64,000 nt of DNA, from positions 62,001-126,000 of the forward strand of contig NIVC01001554.1 of NCBI GenBank assembly GCA_002269645.1. Reading direction: 5' to 3'. How positions within the stretch are numbered: position 1 is the first letter of the stretch; the number at the start of each line of letters is the position of its first letter. Below, one piece after another: positions 25,584 through 44,574 of the stretch. The notes under the pieces were generated by a model, which did not search any database, was not told the DNA's origin, and worked only from the letters and a program-made list of their open reading frames with translations. This stretch comes from Macrostomum lignano. Its lineage: Eukaryota. Position numbers and translations under genes: made by a program.

Positions 25584-28500
25584 ATGTCAACAGAAGCAAT
25601 TGGAGATGTTGGCGACATTCGTCGCGTCCTGATCGCTGTTGATCGCAGCGAGCACAGCGAGCGGGCCATCCGCTGGTATTTGAGCAAGCTGCACCGGCCA
25701 TCCGACCAGCTGGTGTTTGTGAACGTGTCCGAGCCGCCGGAAGTTGCTCTGGGCTTCGGCATGGCCGGACCGGCCGTGGCCGAAGTCTATTCTAAAGCTC
25801 TGGATGAGACTGTGAGTCTGCGGCTTCCATTGTGCGCCATTTGTTGCAAATCAATGTAGAAACCCAACCCTACTGATAGTTGCCTAACTGCCTGATATTC
25901 ACTATAGCCAGATAACCAGCCTTAGCCAGATTTAGCTTCAAAAAAGCACTTTATAAAAATTCTCCTAATTACATTACATTTAGAGTTGTCCTACCCTAGA
26001 ATCGTTGTCTATTTACATTAGAACCGTAGTCTATCTACCTCAGAACCGTTGAATATCTACCCTAGAATCGTTGTCTATCTACCTCAGAATTGTCTATCTA
26101 CCCTAGAGTCGTTGTCTATCTACCCTAGAACCGTTGTCTATCTACCCTAGAACCGTTGTCTATCTACCTCAGAACCGTTGACTATCTATCCTAGAACCGT
26201 TGTCTATCTACCTTAGAACCGTTGTCTATCTACCCCAGAACCGTTGTCTATCTACCTTAGAACCGTTGTCTATCTACCTCAGAACCGTTGACTATCTACC
26301 CTAAAACCGTTGTCTATCTACCTTAGAACCGTTGTCTATCTACCCCAGAACCGTTGTCTATCTACCTCAGAACCGTTGTCTATCTACCTCAGAACCGTTG
26401 AATATCTACCCTAGAATCGTTGTCTATCTACCTCAGAATTGTCTATCTACCCTAGAGTCGTTGTCTATCTACCCTAGAACCGTTGTCTATCTACCCTAGA
26501 ACCGTTGTCTATCTACCTCAGAACCGTTGACTATCTATCCTAGAACCGTTGTCTATCTACCTTAGAACCGTTGTCTATCTACCCCAGAACCGTTGTCTAT
26601 CTACCTTAGAACCGTTGTCTATCTACCTCAGAACCGTTGACTATCTACCCTAGAACCGTTGTCTATCTACCTTAGAACCGTTGTCTATCTACCCCAGAAC
26701 CGTTGTCTATCTACCTCAGAACCGTTGTCTATCTACCCTAGAACCGTTGTCTATCTACCTCAGAACCGTTGTCTATCTACCTCAGAACCGTTGTCTATCT
26801 ACCCTAGAACCGTTGTCTATCTACCTCAGAACTGTTGTCTATCTACCCTAGAACCGTTGTCTATCTACCTCAGAACCGTTGACTATCTATCCTAGAACCG
26901 TTGTCTATCTACCTTAGAACCGTTGTCTATCTACCCCAGAACCGTTGTCTATCTACCTTAGAACCGTTGTCTATCTACCTCAGAACCGTTGACTATCTAC
27001 CCTAGAACCGTTGTCTATCTACCTTAGAACCGTTGTCTATCTACCCCAGAACCGTTGTCTATCTACCCTAGAACCGTTGTCTATCTACCTCAGAACTGTT
27101 GTCTATCTACCATAGAACCGTTGTCTATCTACCCTAGAACCGTTGTCTATCTACCTCAGAACTGTTGTCTATCTACCCTAGAACCGTTGTCTATCTACCT
27201 CAGAACTGTTGTCTATCTACCATAGAACCGTTGTCTATCTACCCTAGAACCGTTGTCTATCTACCTCAGAACCGTTGTCTATCTACCTCAGAACCGTTGT
27301 CTATCTACCCTAGAACCGTTGTCTATCTACCTCAGAACTGTTGTCTATCTACCCTAGAACCGTTGTCTATCTACCTCAGAACTGTTGTCTATCTACCATA
27401 GAACCGTTGTCTATCTACCCTAGAACCGTTGTCTATCTACCTCAGAACCGTTGTCTATCTACCTCAGAACCGTTGTCTATCTACCCTAGAACCGTTGTCT
27501 ATCTACCTCAGAACTGTTGTCTATCTACCATAGAACCGTTGTCCATCTACCCTAGAACCGTTGTCCATCTACCCTAGAACCGTTTTCTATCTACCCTAGA
27601 ACCGTTGTCCATCTACCCTAGAACCGTTTTCTATCTACCCTAGAACCGTTGTCTATCTACCCTAGAACCGTTGTCCATCTACCCTAGAACCGTTGTCTAT
27701 CTACCCTAGAATTGTTGCTTATCTACCCTAGAACCGTTGTCCATCTACCCTAGAACCGTTTTCTATCTACCCTAGAACCGTTGTCTATCTACCCTAGAAC
27801 CGTTGTCCATCTACCCTAGAACCGTTGTCTATCTACCCTAGAATTGTTGCTTATCTACCCTACGCTATCTACTCAATCTAGAATCGCTCCCTAGTGTCTA
27901 ACTACGCAAAGAATCGGCCTTCCTTACCTCATAGTTCATATCAAGTAAGAATTTCCCTTACTGTTAAAATTCCAAATTAGCACTGGAACAGCGCTGGCGA
28001 GACTGTCTCTGTGCACTCTGCATGCGCCCCGTGGGAGCCCAGTAAGCACTTATTTGCAACCCGGCTTAGTTGCACAGCCAGCCGATAGTAAAATTTCCTG
28101 CGATAAAATCTTCGCTCTGAATAATTAATGTTGACGCCAGCTTTCAGACCTACGCCTGGGCCTTGGCCAGCATAGCCCAGTCCGAAGTGTCCCTAGAGAT
28201 GCTGGTGAAGTCGAAGCAATTTATCACCCTAGGCCATCTTGTAGAAACACTCTAGACTATCTTGTAAAATCGCTTTAAGACCGTCCTGTAGAAACGGCAT
28301 AGACATCTCTACAGTGTTTTACATTATTTTTTGGCACCGCCAACTGGTTTCACCTTGCGAATTTTAGCATCCGCCACCCCTGTTCACCTGTCGCTGACAC
28401 CTGGCACCCCTGTTCACCTGTCGCTGACACCTGGCACCCCTGTTCACCTGTCGCTGACACCTGGCACCCCAGTTCACTTATCGCTGACACCCGGCACCCC

Positions 28501-29156
28501 TGTTCACCTGTCGCTGACACCCGTCACCCCTGTTCACCTGTTGCTGAAACCCGGCACCCCTGTTCACCTGTTGCTGACACCCGGTACCCCTGTTCACCTG
28601 TTGCTGAAACCCGGCACCCCTGTTCACCTGTTGCTGACACCCGGTACCCCTGTTCACCTGTTGCTGAAACCCGGCACCCCTGTTCACCTGTTGCTCACAC
28701 CCGGTACCCCTGTTCACCTGTTGCTGAAACCCGGCTCCCCTGTTCACCTGTCGCTGACACCTGTCACCCCTGTTCACCTGTCGCTGACACCTGTCACCCC
28801 TGTTCACCTGTTGCTGACACCCGGTACCCCTGTTCACCTGTTGCTGAAACCCGGCACCCCTGTTCACCCGCCAGGTCGCTCAAGCCAAGCAGCTGGCCGT
28901 AGACATCAAAGAACTTTGCCGCGGCCTGGGCGCCGAGCACGTCCGCTTTCTTGAACGCATCGCCCGCAGTCCCGGCCAGTCCATTGTGGATCTGGCCGAA
29001 GAGGAGAATGTGGAACTCATTATCATGGGCTCGCGCGGCCAGGGCCTGCTTAGGCGTACCTTTTTAGGCTCAGTTAGCGACTACGTGCTGCACCATACTC
29101 ACCGGCCGGTGCTGGTGGTGCCGCCTGCGGCCAACACCGCCGCAGCCGAGAAGTGA
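25584..29156 (+). CDS. Universal stress protein A (UspA)-domain protein, 169 aa (exons 25584-25811, 28875-29156)
   Basis: MSTEAIGDVGDIRRVLIAVDRSEHSERAIRWY...ALDET/VAQAK...PGQSIVDLAEEENVELIIMGSRGQGLLRRTFLGSVSDYVLHHTHRPVLVVP; includes the USP G-x2-G-x9-GS ATP-binding motif; GT-AG phase-0 intron. Confidence 0.92.
25990..27862. repeat. 22-bp intronic minisatellite (~1.9 kb)
   Basis: Unit TAGAACCGTTGTCTATCTACCC with CAG/TAG and CTGTT variants, in the USP intron. Confidence 0.97.
28374..28870. repeat. 30-bp minisatellite abutting the USP exon-2 acceptor
   Basis: Unit CACCCCTGTTCACCTGTYGCTGAMACCYGG; the last copy runs into TGTTCACCCGCCAG. Confidence 0.95.
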
Positions 29157-29543
29157 AAAACACACTCCTCACCCAACTGTTCTTTTGTGTAGGCGTTAAG
29201 TTATAACTTGTCATTATTAATAAATACAGTTTTCACCGATTAGATTCTGCACTCATCTATTGTGTTATATTTTCATTTTATGATTCTTACTTTTCGCGAA
29301 AAAGGGATACGAAAATCGCGAATTTTAATTAGACTTATTTGGAAGTATTATAAATTGTATATTGACTTTAAAATTCGGGGTCCAATCCGGTTAGTTGGTA
29401 AGTACCCCCTGAGTACGTGTAGTTCTAATCTTAATTTATGTACTTTTATTTAGCGGATACCTTTTACCGTTCATTCGCGCGACTCTCTTGTTTAGGCTCT
29501 ATTCTTATCATTTTTTACACCTTTCTGTATAGATGCATTACAC

Positions 29544-29738
29544 CAGGGGTTGGCAAACCTTTAACCTCAAGGGCCCGATGAAGAATCTAGCGCATGACTG
29601 CGGGTCAGAGAGCGGGAGAGAGAAGATAGAAAGAGAGAGGAGAGACGATTGGAGAGGAGAGCTGAGACTAGCTGAGAAGATTAGAGCATGGGCCGGATGA
29701 AGAGGCTTGCCTGGCCGCATGTGGCACGCGGACCCCTG
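29544..29738. mobile_element. Possible hAT-like MITE
   Basis: Begins CAGGGGTTGGCAAACC and ends GGACCCCTG; flanking 8-mers CATTACAC and CTTTAGAC match 6/8. A second GACCCCTG end lies at 29928. Confidence 0.35.
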
Positions 29739-30439
29739 CTTTAGACCATTGTTTCCTCTTACCAAAGACTCTATCCGGCCCTAAGGCATTTTGAAACTTT
29801 ACGAGTACAATAGCGATCCGACCTGCTCAAGGTTTGTGTCATCTCTTTTATTCCCTATCCTTTCCTCTCTAGCCATGAGCTACATTGGCTTTCTGGCCTT
29901 TGAAGTAAAACAGATCTACCGACCCCTGGTTTAATTGGCTGTCAAGGTCAGATGTTGCATAAATTCGATTGTTTAACCCTTGAAACAAATAACAAATTTA
30001 ATAATGCTTTAATCCATCAAATTGCACTATCCAAACTTTTCCTCTCTGCCTTTTGTACTTTAAACGCTGCTGTTGCTGTCTTCCCGATGTCATCAATTTT
30101 CTCTTGCTTTTTTTCTATCCATTGTGATTTAACTCTGCAGTCCTCACAATTAGACGTTTATCTTTCTTATAACTTTGAGGCAACATTTTAATTTTCTTAA
30201 GTTATTTCATTAATTTTATACTGCTATAAATTCATTACGCTGCTTAAAAAGTGCATCTTGACTGAAAGCTGCTTGTGTGCTGTAATCATTTTTAATAATA
30301 ATTAATTTCAATACTACCCTGTTGCAGCAAGCCTACTGTTAGTTACATATTTATTTTCATGCATCCCATGTTATATTAGTATTAGAAGTGAAATGAAAAG
30401 GGACAGTTAAGAAGTAGAAAGGAAAGATGCAAGGCAGAG

Positions 30440-31250
30440 TGCAGGACACACACAGGTGGAGGGAGGACACAGCAGGACAGTGCAAGAGACACAGGTGGAG
30501 GGAGGCCACAGCAGAACAGTGCAAGAGACACAGGTTGGGGGGACACAGCACGACAGTGCAAGAGACACAAGTTGGGGGGACACAGCAAGACAGTGCAAGA
30601 GACACAAGTTGGGGGGACACAGCAAGACAGTGCAAGAGACACAGGTTGGGGGGGCATAGCAGGACAGTGCAAGAGACACAGGTTGGGGGACACAGTAGGA
30701 CAGTGCAAGAGACACAGGTTGGGGGGACAGCAAGACAGTGCAAGAGACACAGGTGGGAGGACAGCAAGACACACAGGTGGGAGGACAGCAAGACACACAG
30801 GTGGGAGGACAGCAAGACACACAGGTGGGAGGACAGCAAGACACACAGGTGGGAGGACAGCAAGACACACAGGTGGGAGGACAGCAAGACACACAGGTGG
30901 GAGGACAGCAAGACACACAGGTGGGAGGACAGCAAGACACACAGGTGGGAGGACAGCAAGACACACAGGTGGGAGGACAGCAAGACACACAGGTGGGAGG
31001 ACAGCAAGACACACAGGTGGGAGGACAGCAAGACACACAGGTGGGAGGACAGCAAGACACACAGGTGGGAGGACAGCAAGACACACAGGTGGGAGGACAG
31101 CAAGACACACAGGTGGGAGGACAGCAAGACACACAGGTGGGAGGACAGCAAGACACACAGGTGGGAGGACAGCAAGACACACAGGTGGGAGGACAGCAAG
31201 ACACACAGGTGGGAGGACAGCAAGACACACAGGTGGGAGGATAGCGACAC
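30440..31250. repeat. Minisatellite upstream of the ENT gene (33-36-bp variants, then ~20 copies of a 24-bp unit)
   Basis: Unit CACACAGGTGGGAGGACAGCAAGA from ~30750; related longer units upstream. Confidence 0.95.
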
Positions 31251-31294
31251 AAAGCAGTTCCCGACATGCTCGCTGCAGGCCGGGGCCGTGCGCG

Positions 31295-34200
31295 ATGCCG
31301 AAACGCCGTCATCAGCCCGAGCAGCCGCTGCCGGTGAACTGCGACGAGGTGGACGACTCCGAGCAGCTGGATTCAGACGAGGCGATCGGCAACACTGACA
31401 ACAATGTAGACGCGAGTGACAACAGCGTCACCACCCCGCTGCTGAATGGAGCCGGCAGCGAGAGTGTGCATCTGTACTACAGCGGATGCGCTGGCGGCGG
31501 CCGCGGCAGTCAGGACTCATTCAACGCCGCTCTGTTTCTATTCTTCTTCCTAGGCATCGGCTCGCTGCTGCCTTGGAATTTTTTCACAACCGCAAAAGGC
31601 TACTTTAACTTCAAGCTGAGAAATGTCAGCGCCGATAGCACCGAGGATGGCGGCGGTACAACTTACCTGCAATTGACGTTTGAGAACTACTTGGCCGTGT
31701 TCTCAAATCTGCCTAATATAGTCTTCACCCTGGCCAACGCTGCTGTTACCAAGCGGATTGGGCAGGCCACCCGCCTGCTGGCCGGCCTCTGTTTGATGAT
31801 TGCCGTGTTTGCCGCCACCGCTGCGTTCGTCTGTGTTGACACCGACGACTGTGAGGCTGGGTTTTAGTATTATTATTATTAGTAATAGTAGTAGTAGCAG
31901 CAGTAGTTGTAGCAGTAGTAGATGTAGTAGTAGCAAGCAGCAGTAGTAGTAGTAGCTTCGCAGTATTAGTGACTTTAAAACGCTATGAGTCACTTTAAAA
32001 TCGCTCATAAATTTCGGTTTCCTGTTAGTATCTAAAAACACCGGTATATGGTTAAACCATGAAGTTCTCTTTATAAATGAGAGGTCATCATTCATCATTG
32101 TTTGATTTCCCATTTTAATCTTTTGCTGCCCACAGACCAAACCGCTTTCTTCTGGTGCACCATGGCCTCCGTGATGGCAGTAAACATCGGAGCCGCCCTC
32201 GTGCAGGGCTCGCTATTCGGTCTGGCTGCCATGTTTCCTCATAAATATGTTACCGCGCTGATGCAGGTGAGCTGACACTCCAGTGCCCCCCACTGACACT
32301 CTAGTGTGCCCCACTGACACTCCTGTTTCCCCCACTGACACTCCAGTGTCCCCCACTGACACTCCAGTGTCCCCCACTGACACTCCAGTGCCCCCACTGA
32401 CACTCCAGTGTCCCCACTGACACTCCAGTGTCCCCACTGACACTCCAGTGTCCCCACTGACACTCCAGTGTCCCCACTGACACTCCAGTGTCCCCCAGTG
32501 ACACTCCAGTGCCCCCCCACTGACACTCCAGTGTCCCTACTGACACTCCAGTGCCCCCACTGACACTCCAGTGTCCCCCCCCCACTCAGGTCACCCTACA
32601 AACCACCCGCAGGGCCAGGCCAGCGGTGGTGTCACAGCCGCCCTGGTGTACATAGCCAGCCTAAGCCTTGGCTCTGGCGCTCTATCAGCGGGCCTCGTGT
32701 ACTTTGTATCAGCCACCTGCGTACTTCTACTGTGCCTGCTGGCCTACCTGGCGCTGCGTAGGCTGCCATTCGTTCGAGAGCAGGTGAACAGATCGCAAAG
32801 TGAGTGCGTCAATGAGTAGAAAGCTCGATCCTAATTATTTTTATCGATATCAAAATAGTTCTCACCATTCACCAGACACCAGCCATAGAAAGCTATCTAT
32901 ATACTCGCATTCTGAAATGTTTAGTAAATCTGTTCGCTTATTATTTGTCTTATACAGATAGACCAATTCGGCTCAGGACCATCAGGGCAACCAGGCCGAC
33001 ACGTAATTGCTGACTGCTAGTTTAACATTTGTTTCAGATTTTCAAATTTCAACGTTGTTTTTCAGTAGCGATAACAAATCGTTTGCTAACTGCTCACCAC
33101 TGTTGCATTCTTCTAATATTGTCGCGGCCCAGGGCCTCGTGAAAATCTAATCTTATCGAGTTTTTGTTGGCTAACATGCATTATTGTGGTTTATGCACTC
33201 GGCACTACTACTGCGTAAATGATTCAGTTCCAGATCCTCACTCTGGGTCGCTGTCGCCCTCCCGGATCCCTATCTGCTAGGCTGACACCCTCCCCGGATC
33301 CTCAGTTGCTAGGCCAACACCCCCGGATCCTCAGTTGCTAGGCCGATACCCCCGGATCCTCAGTTGCTAGGCCGACACTCGCCAAGATCCTCAGTTGCTA
33401 GGCCAACACCCCCGGATCCTCAGTTGCTAGGCCGACACCCCCGGATCCTCAGTTGCTAGGCCGACACTCGCCAAGATCCTCAGTTGCTAGGCCGACACTC
33501 GCCAAGATCCTCAGTTGCTAGGCCAACACCTGCCAAGATCCTCAGTTGCTAGGCCGACACCCCCAGATTCTCAGTTGCTAGGGCGACACCTGCCAAGATC
33601 CTCAGTTGCTAGGCCGACACCCGCCAAGATCCTCAGTTGCTAGGCTGACACCCGCCAAGATCCTCAGTTGCTAGGCTGACACCCGCCAAGATCCTCAGTT
33701 GCTAGGCCGACACCCACCAAGATCCTCAGTTGCTAGGCCAACACCCCCCGAGATCCTCAGTTGCTAGGCCAACACCCCAGGATCCTCAGTTGCTAGGCCG
33801 CCAACACCAGATCATAAAGCTGGGTCACTGCCATTCTCTCAATGGATGAGGAGAATGTCTTCAAGAATGCTTAAGAATGTCTCCAAACCCACATTGCACC
33901 GCAGGCATCTCCTACGACTCCAGCCTGCCATCTGCCGGTAGCAGCCTGTCACTGTCCGGCCAGCCGGCCACCTGGCGCCGGGCGCTGTCCGACTTGGCCT
34001 GGCCGGCCCTGTCCGTATTCATGGTGTTCGCGGTGTCGCTCAGCCTCTACCCGGCCCTGCTCAGCTCGGTCAGCTCAGTTGCCAGGCCTGACTCGCTCTA
34101 TTTTGTCCCGCTGGCCTGCTTCCTGGCATTCAACGCTGCCGACCTGCTGGGCAGGTGTTTTGTCAGCTTCTCATTGCCCAGCTCAAATCGCCTGCTTGCC

Positions 34201-34491
34201 GGCCTGGCCCTGCTCAGGCTGGTCTTTGTTCCCCTATTCCTGGCCTGCAACTACCAGCCCAGGCGGCAGTGGGCGATCCCGCCAGCGTTCACTTCTGACG
34301 CCGCTCTGCCCATCCTTGTCAGCCTGTTCGGCCTTAGCAACGGTTACCTGGGCGCTCTGAGCATGACTCGAGGCGCCGCCGCAGCCGAGATTCAGAATGC
34401 CGAATTGTACGGCGCGTTGATGAGCTTCTTTCTGACCCTGGGACTGGGAACGGGATCTGCGGCTTCGTTTGTGTTCACCACGCTGCTGTGA
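31295..34491 (+). CDS. Equilibrative nucleoside transporter (SLC29/ENT family) (exons 31295-31850, 32136-32266, 32613-32799, optional 32958-33002, 33905-34491)
   Basis: Family motifs [33 protein letters not shown]...[60 protein letters not shown]; GT-AG introns with consistent phase. The start ATG and the 45-nt exon are less certain. Confidence 0.9.
31866..31955. repeat. (TAT)/(TAG)/(CAG) microsatellite in ENT intron 1
   Basis: Direct reading: TATTATTATT AGTAATAGTAGTAGTAGCAGCAGTAG... Confidence 0.85.
32272..32580. repeat. 20/21-bp minisatellite with internal palindrome, filling ENT intron 2
   Basis: Unit CCACTGACACTCCAGTGTCC(C); CACTG/CAGTG arms are inverted. Confidence 0.92.
33275..33805. 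repeat. 29-31-bp intronic minisatellite
   Basis: Core GATCCTCAGTTGCTAGGCCGACAC recurs at 33326, 33355, 33386... Confidence 0.92.
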
Positions 34492-34536
34492 CTGGAGTAC
34501 TGTGGCTGTGTCCTGTGGCGTGTTCTGAGTTATCTT

Positions 34537-35011
34537 TCCTTCAGTGCCGCAACCCCCATTCCTTCAGTGCCGCAACCCCCATTCTTTCAGTGCCGCAACC
34601 CCCATTCCTTCAGTGCCGCAACCCCCATTCCTTCAGTGCCGCAACCCCCATTCTTTCAGTGCCGCAACCCCCATTCCTTCAGTGCCGCAACCCCCATTCC
34701 TTCAGTGCCGCAACCCCCATTCCTTCAGTGCCGCAACCCCCATTCCTTCAGTGCCGCAACCCCCATTCCTTCAGTGCCGCAACCCCCATTCCTTCAGTGC
34801 CGCAACCCCCATTCCTTCAGTGCCGCAACCCCCATTCTTTCAGTGCCGCAACCCCCATTCCTTCAGTGCCGCAACCCCCATTCCTTCAGTGCCGCAACCC
34901 CCATTCCTTCAGTGCCGCAACCCCCATTCCTTCAGTGCCGCAACCCCCATTCCTTCAGTGCCGCAACCCCCATTCCTTCAGTGCCGCAACCCCCATTCCT
35001 TCAGTGCCGCT
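34537..35011. repeat. 23-bp minisatellite just 3' of the ENT stop codon
   Basis: Unit CAGTGCCGCAACCCCCATTCCTT, about 20 copies. Confidence 0.95.
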
Positions 35012-35289
35012 AGTCCATCCAATTCTTTCAAAGCCGTAGTCGACATTCCTACGAGTCGCTACCTCTTGTTATCGCAAGTCAGGAACTCCAAAACAATACT
35101 ATATTGTACTGCATGGCGGATTCACTATACTTCTGTTAGCTTCATATTTACGTGCAATGCATTGCGCTTAATTTTTCGGCATTATACTGTTTATTGAATT
35201 GCAGTACATTAGACCTCGGCTTGATTGACTATTAATTATTAACTAGATGTTTGAGGTAAAACTTTTTGTACTTGTATAGGGGCGCGAGT

Positions 35290-36155
35290 GTCGGTGGCGC
35301 CGGTGACTGTCGGTGGCGCCGGTGGCGCCCGTGACTGTCGGTGGCGCCGGTGTAAGTGTCGGTGGCGCCGGTATGAGTGTCAGTAGCGCCGGTATAAGTG
35401 TCGGTGGCTCCGGTATGAGTGTCAGTAGCGCCGGTATAAGTGTCGGTGGCTCCGGTATGAGTGTCGGTGGTTCCGGTATGAGTGTCAGCGGCTCCGGTAT
35501 AAGTGTCGGTGGCTCCGGTATGAGTGTCGGTGGCTCCGGTATGAGTGTCAGTAGCGCCGGTATAAGTGTCGGTGGCTCCGGTATGAGTGTCATTAGCGCC
35601 TGTATAAGTGTCGGTGGCTCCGGTATGACTGTCGGCGGCTCCGGTATGAGTGTCGGTGGCTCCGGTATGAGTGTCGGTGGCTCCGGTATGAGTGTCGGTG
35701 GCTCCGGTATGAGTGTCATTAGCGCCGGTATGAGTGTCGGTGGCTCCGGTATGAGTGTCATTAGCACCGGTATAAGTGTCGGTGGCTCCGGTATGAGTGT
35801 CATTAGCGCCGGTATAAGTGTCGGTGGCTCCGGTATGAGTGTCATTAGCGCCGGTATGAGTGTCGGTGGCTCCGGTATGAGTGTCATTAGCGCCGGTATA
35901 AGTGTCGGTGGCTCCGGTATGACTGTCGGCGGCTCCGGTATAAGTGTCGGTAGTTCCGGTATGAGTGTCGGCGTCTCCGGTATGAGTGTCGGTGGCGTGG
36001 GTGTGAGTGTCGGTTGCGCTGGTATGAGTGTCGGTAGTTCCGGTATGAGTGTCGGTGGCGCGGGTATAAGTGTCGGTTGCGCTGGTATGAGTGTCGGTAG
36101 TTCCGGTATGAGTGTCGGTGGCGCGGGTGTAAGTGTCGGCTGTGCCGGTATGAGT
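35290..36155. repeat. 21-bp minisatellite
   Basis: Unit GGTATGAGTGTCGGTGGCTCC with several variants. Confidence 0.93.
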
Positions 36156-36904
36156 CAATTGTGCCGTTATGTGTGTCGGTGGCGCCAGCTTCTGATTTCG
36201 ACCTGTGCAGGTCTTTCTGTACGCTATGAGCCGCAGTAGTAGTACAGAATTATCACTGTTATGCATCATTATCTTCTGATTGGTGCCGATTATCTGCTTT
36301 CTTCCTAATCTGTTAATTGTGCTAACTTGACCTCAATTTTTTCACTAATAACTTGTAAAATTCAACTGCGAAATTATAGAGTGGATGCTAATGCTATTTT
36401 TTTAGTATCGCTTGCATTACCAATTCTATTTGATTTTGGGGCAAAACTTTATTGCTCAAGGTACTGTAGAGCAAACTTATAGCTTGGCCTTGAAATCAAG
36501 CTATTTTTTCTAAGCCTACCTGCTAGTCCTGCTAGCTTGCGTGCATACAGACTCTTTTCATAACCTCCTCCTCTTGCTTCATAGACAGGTTATTTTGATA
36601 TGCAGTATTTTAGTTCTTGGTGGACGGCTTAATAAATATGTAAATTTCTTTAACTGCGATTGCTTTTACATTCGCTGTGCTTGTATGTGATACGGTTTGC
36701 TATGTCAGGCTCTGCCAATATTAACTAATATGCCATCTATTATAGCTCAGTCATGTTACTAGTCGTTCCTGATTTGCGACTTATCTAAATAATATAATGT
36801 ATGCTGTGTAACTTCAGCTTTAATTTTATTTTATACTGTCTTCTATCAGTCAAATAAGTCTCGTGTCTTTGTTTTCGCTTTTTGTTGAGCGGTTGAGTAA
36901 CTAT

Positions 36905-38160
36905 AGTGTGTCATTGGTGAATGTGACTGATCAGATTGAAGTGAGTGAGTGATTGGTGAATGTGACTGATCAGATTGAAGTGAGTGATTGGTGAATGTGA
37001 CTGATCAGATTGAAGTCAGTGAGTGATTGGTGAATGCGGCTGATCAGAGTTAGTGAGTGATTGGTGAATGCGGCTGATCAGAGTGATTGATTGGTGAATG
37101 CGGCTGAACAGAGTGAAGTGATTGGTGAATGCGGCTGATCAGAGTGAGTGATTGGTGAATGCGGCTGAACAGAGTGAAGTGATTGGTGAATGCGGCTGAT
37201 CAGAGTGAGTGATTGGTGAATGCGGCTGAACAGAGTGAAGTGATTGGTGAATGCGGCTGATCAGAGTGAGTGATTGGTGAATGCGGCTGATCAGAGTGAG
37301 TAAGTGATTGGTGAATGCGGCTGATCAGAGTGAAGTGATTGGTGAATGCGGCTGATCAGAGTGAGTGAGTGATGAATGCGGCTGATCAGAGTGAGTGATT
37401 GGTGAATGCGGCTGATCAGATTGAAGTGAGTGTGTCATTGGTGAATGCGGCTGATCAGAGTGAAGTGATTGGTGAATGCGGCTGATCAGAGTGAGTGATT
37501 GGTGAATGCGGCTGATCAGAGTGAAGTGATTGGTGAATGCGGCTGATCAGAGTGAGTGATTGGTGAATGCGGCTGATCAGAGTGAGTGAGTGATTGGTGA
37601 ATGTGACTGATCAGAGTGAGTGAGTGATGAATGCGGCTGATCAGAGTGAGTGATTGGTGAATGCGGCTGATCAGAGTGAGTGAGTGATTGGTGAATGCGG
37701 CTGATCAGAGTGAGTGAGTGATTGGTGAATGCGGCTGATCAGAGTGAGTGATTGGTGAATGCGGCTGATCAGAGTGAAGTGATTGGTGAATGTGACTGAT
37801 CAGAGTGAGTGAGTGATTGGTGAGTGCGGCTGATCAGAGTTAGTGAGTGATTGGTGAATGCGGCTGATCAGAGTGAGTGATTGGTGAATGCGGCTGATCA
37901 GAGTGAAGTGATTGGTGAATGCGGCTGATCAGAGTGAGTGAGTGATTGGTGAATGCGGCTGATCAGAGTGAGTGAGTGATTGGTGAATGCGGCTGATCAG
38001 AGTGAGTGAGTGATTGATTGGCGAATGCAGCTGATCAGAGTGAGTGAGTGATTGGTGAATGCGGCTGATCAGAGTGAGTGAGTGAGTGATTGGTGAATGC
38101 GGCTGATCAGAGTGAGTGAGTGATTGATTGGCGAATGCAGCTGATCAGAGTGAGTGATCG
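36905..38160. repeat. 30-38-bp minisatellite with variable GAGT tail
   Basis: Core GATTGGTGAATGCGGCTGATCAGAGTGAGT. Confidence 0.93.
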
Positions 38161-39245
38161 CTAAAGAGTCATCAACTGTTGCAAGTTGGTGAATGAAATT
38201 GCTGCGGTTAAAAAATGAAGTCTTGCTAGAAGTTAGCAAAAGACTATGCAGACAGAACCCAAGCTGAAACAGGCAAGCCGCTAATTAACTAATTAAGAGT
38301 CAGGTGTGAGTGATTAGCTACCTCTCGTGGACCACTTGTCCGTCAGCGTGGCTTCATCAACTCGTCAGCAGCTGCAGAATTGACAGACCGGCAGCCCTGC
38401 GGCAACCCCAGTACAGACACGGTGTGACAGCGGCGCTTGATTCGTTCTCCTCGCCCCTCCCTTCCCCTGCTATACATGTAGCTCTTGGCTAAAACCAAGC
38501 CAGCAGTTTGTTTGCTTCGCCTCCCATTGTGGAGGGGGTTGGCTGACCATGGATTACTGGACAGCGCATCTGGATTGGAAGCTTGGCTGGCTTCTATTTA
38601 GATTGAACTTTTAATATGTACAGCAGTAGTCTACTACGAGCGTACTAACCAGTCTCTAATAATGTCAATGCTTTGTCCGCCGCCCCACCCCATCTTGTGA
38701 CCCGTTATGGAAATCAATAATTTTGCTTCAAGGGTGACAAAATATAGCGCCTGCGGCGCCAAAAATGAGTATCTGCGACGCTAAAATGAGCGCTGACAAC
38801 ACTGATTCTAAGTTACGAACTATAGTTAACTGTAAAATTTTCGGGGAAAAATACTTTTAAGTTCAATCTACAAGATTTAAGATTTAAGTATACGATGAAA
38901 TCTACTTTGTCCATATGGTCGAGTCCCGCCTCCCAGTCAGTTTCCAGTTCCAGATGCTTCATCTAGTAGTCCACGGCTTGGCGAGAATTTCCCCGAGACA
39001 CTCCGTCTGTCCCAACTGTTTAACTATAGACTGGACTAAGGCTCTCTGTGTGTGTGCATTTTTGTTGCCATGACAACCGACCGACAGCTCTTGACAGGAG
39101 AGGGAGGCAGTGGGGTGGGGGGATTTGTGAGAAAAGAACAGGGGATAGGCGGGGCGGTGCAGGCGTGAGATATAGCTCTGTCGGGAATTTGCTATTCTAG
39201 GTGGGAAATCTGATTCTATCTTGATATCCGGGACTCAAAGCTGAT

Positions 39246-44050
<4,805 letters not shown>

Positions 44051-44574
44051 CGCTAGAGCTCAAATTATTTATTTGCACATGTTTAAACATGATGCATTCC
44101 GAACTATTCGACCAAGCTTATAAGTTTCTGCTATAGTATATTCGCATATGACCATACATTTGTTTTCCTTTAAAGAATTTTCTATTCATCTTATATGCGT
44201 AAATGTATATACACCCGGTAATATTTGTTATTTCAACAACTGACCGTGAAAATGTTATGCATCGGATGAATAAAGTACAATACAACACACTGACTGTTGA
44301 GTTTCCCGGGAAATTTTTTAAACTTGGAAATTTGCTATAACTCAAAGTATTCTGTGTCATTTTTCCCTCCGTTACTTTCACCACGATGTACAGAGAAAAC
44401 CACGTAGGTGACCAGGTACCTGCTGATGAGTGACAGATTTGCCGTTCCAACAGGAGTACAAACTGCTGCTTCATCTGAGCCGCAACCTGCCTGATTTCCA
44501 AGCGTCACAGCTTGCAATTAAAGCCATAGCCTAACAGACACCCAGTCCACAGTCCATTCTGCTATCCTCAGTTG

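Noticed and set aside
30357-31250. Long repetitive ORFs in several frames (also 28331, 34488, 35232, 39443, 43298)
   Set aside because: All coincide with minisatellites lacking stops. The ENT coding signal starts at about 31295.
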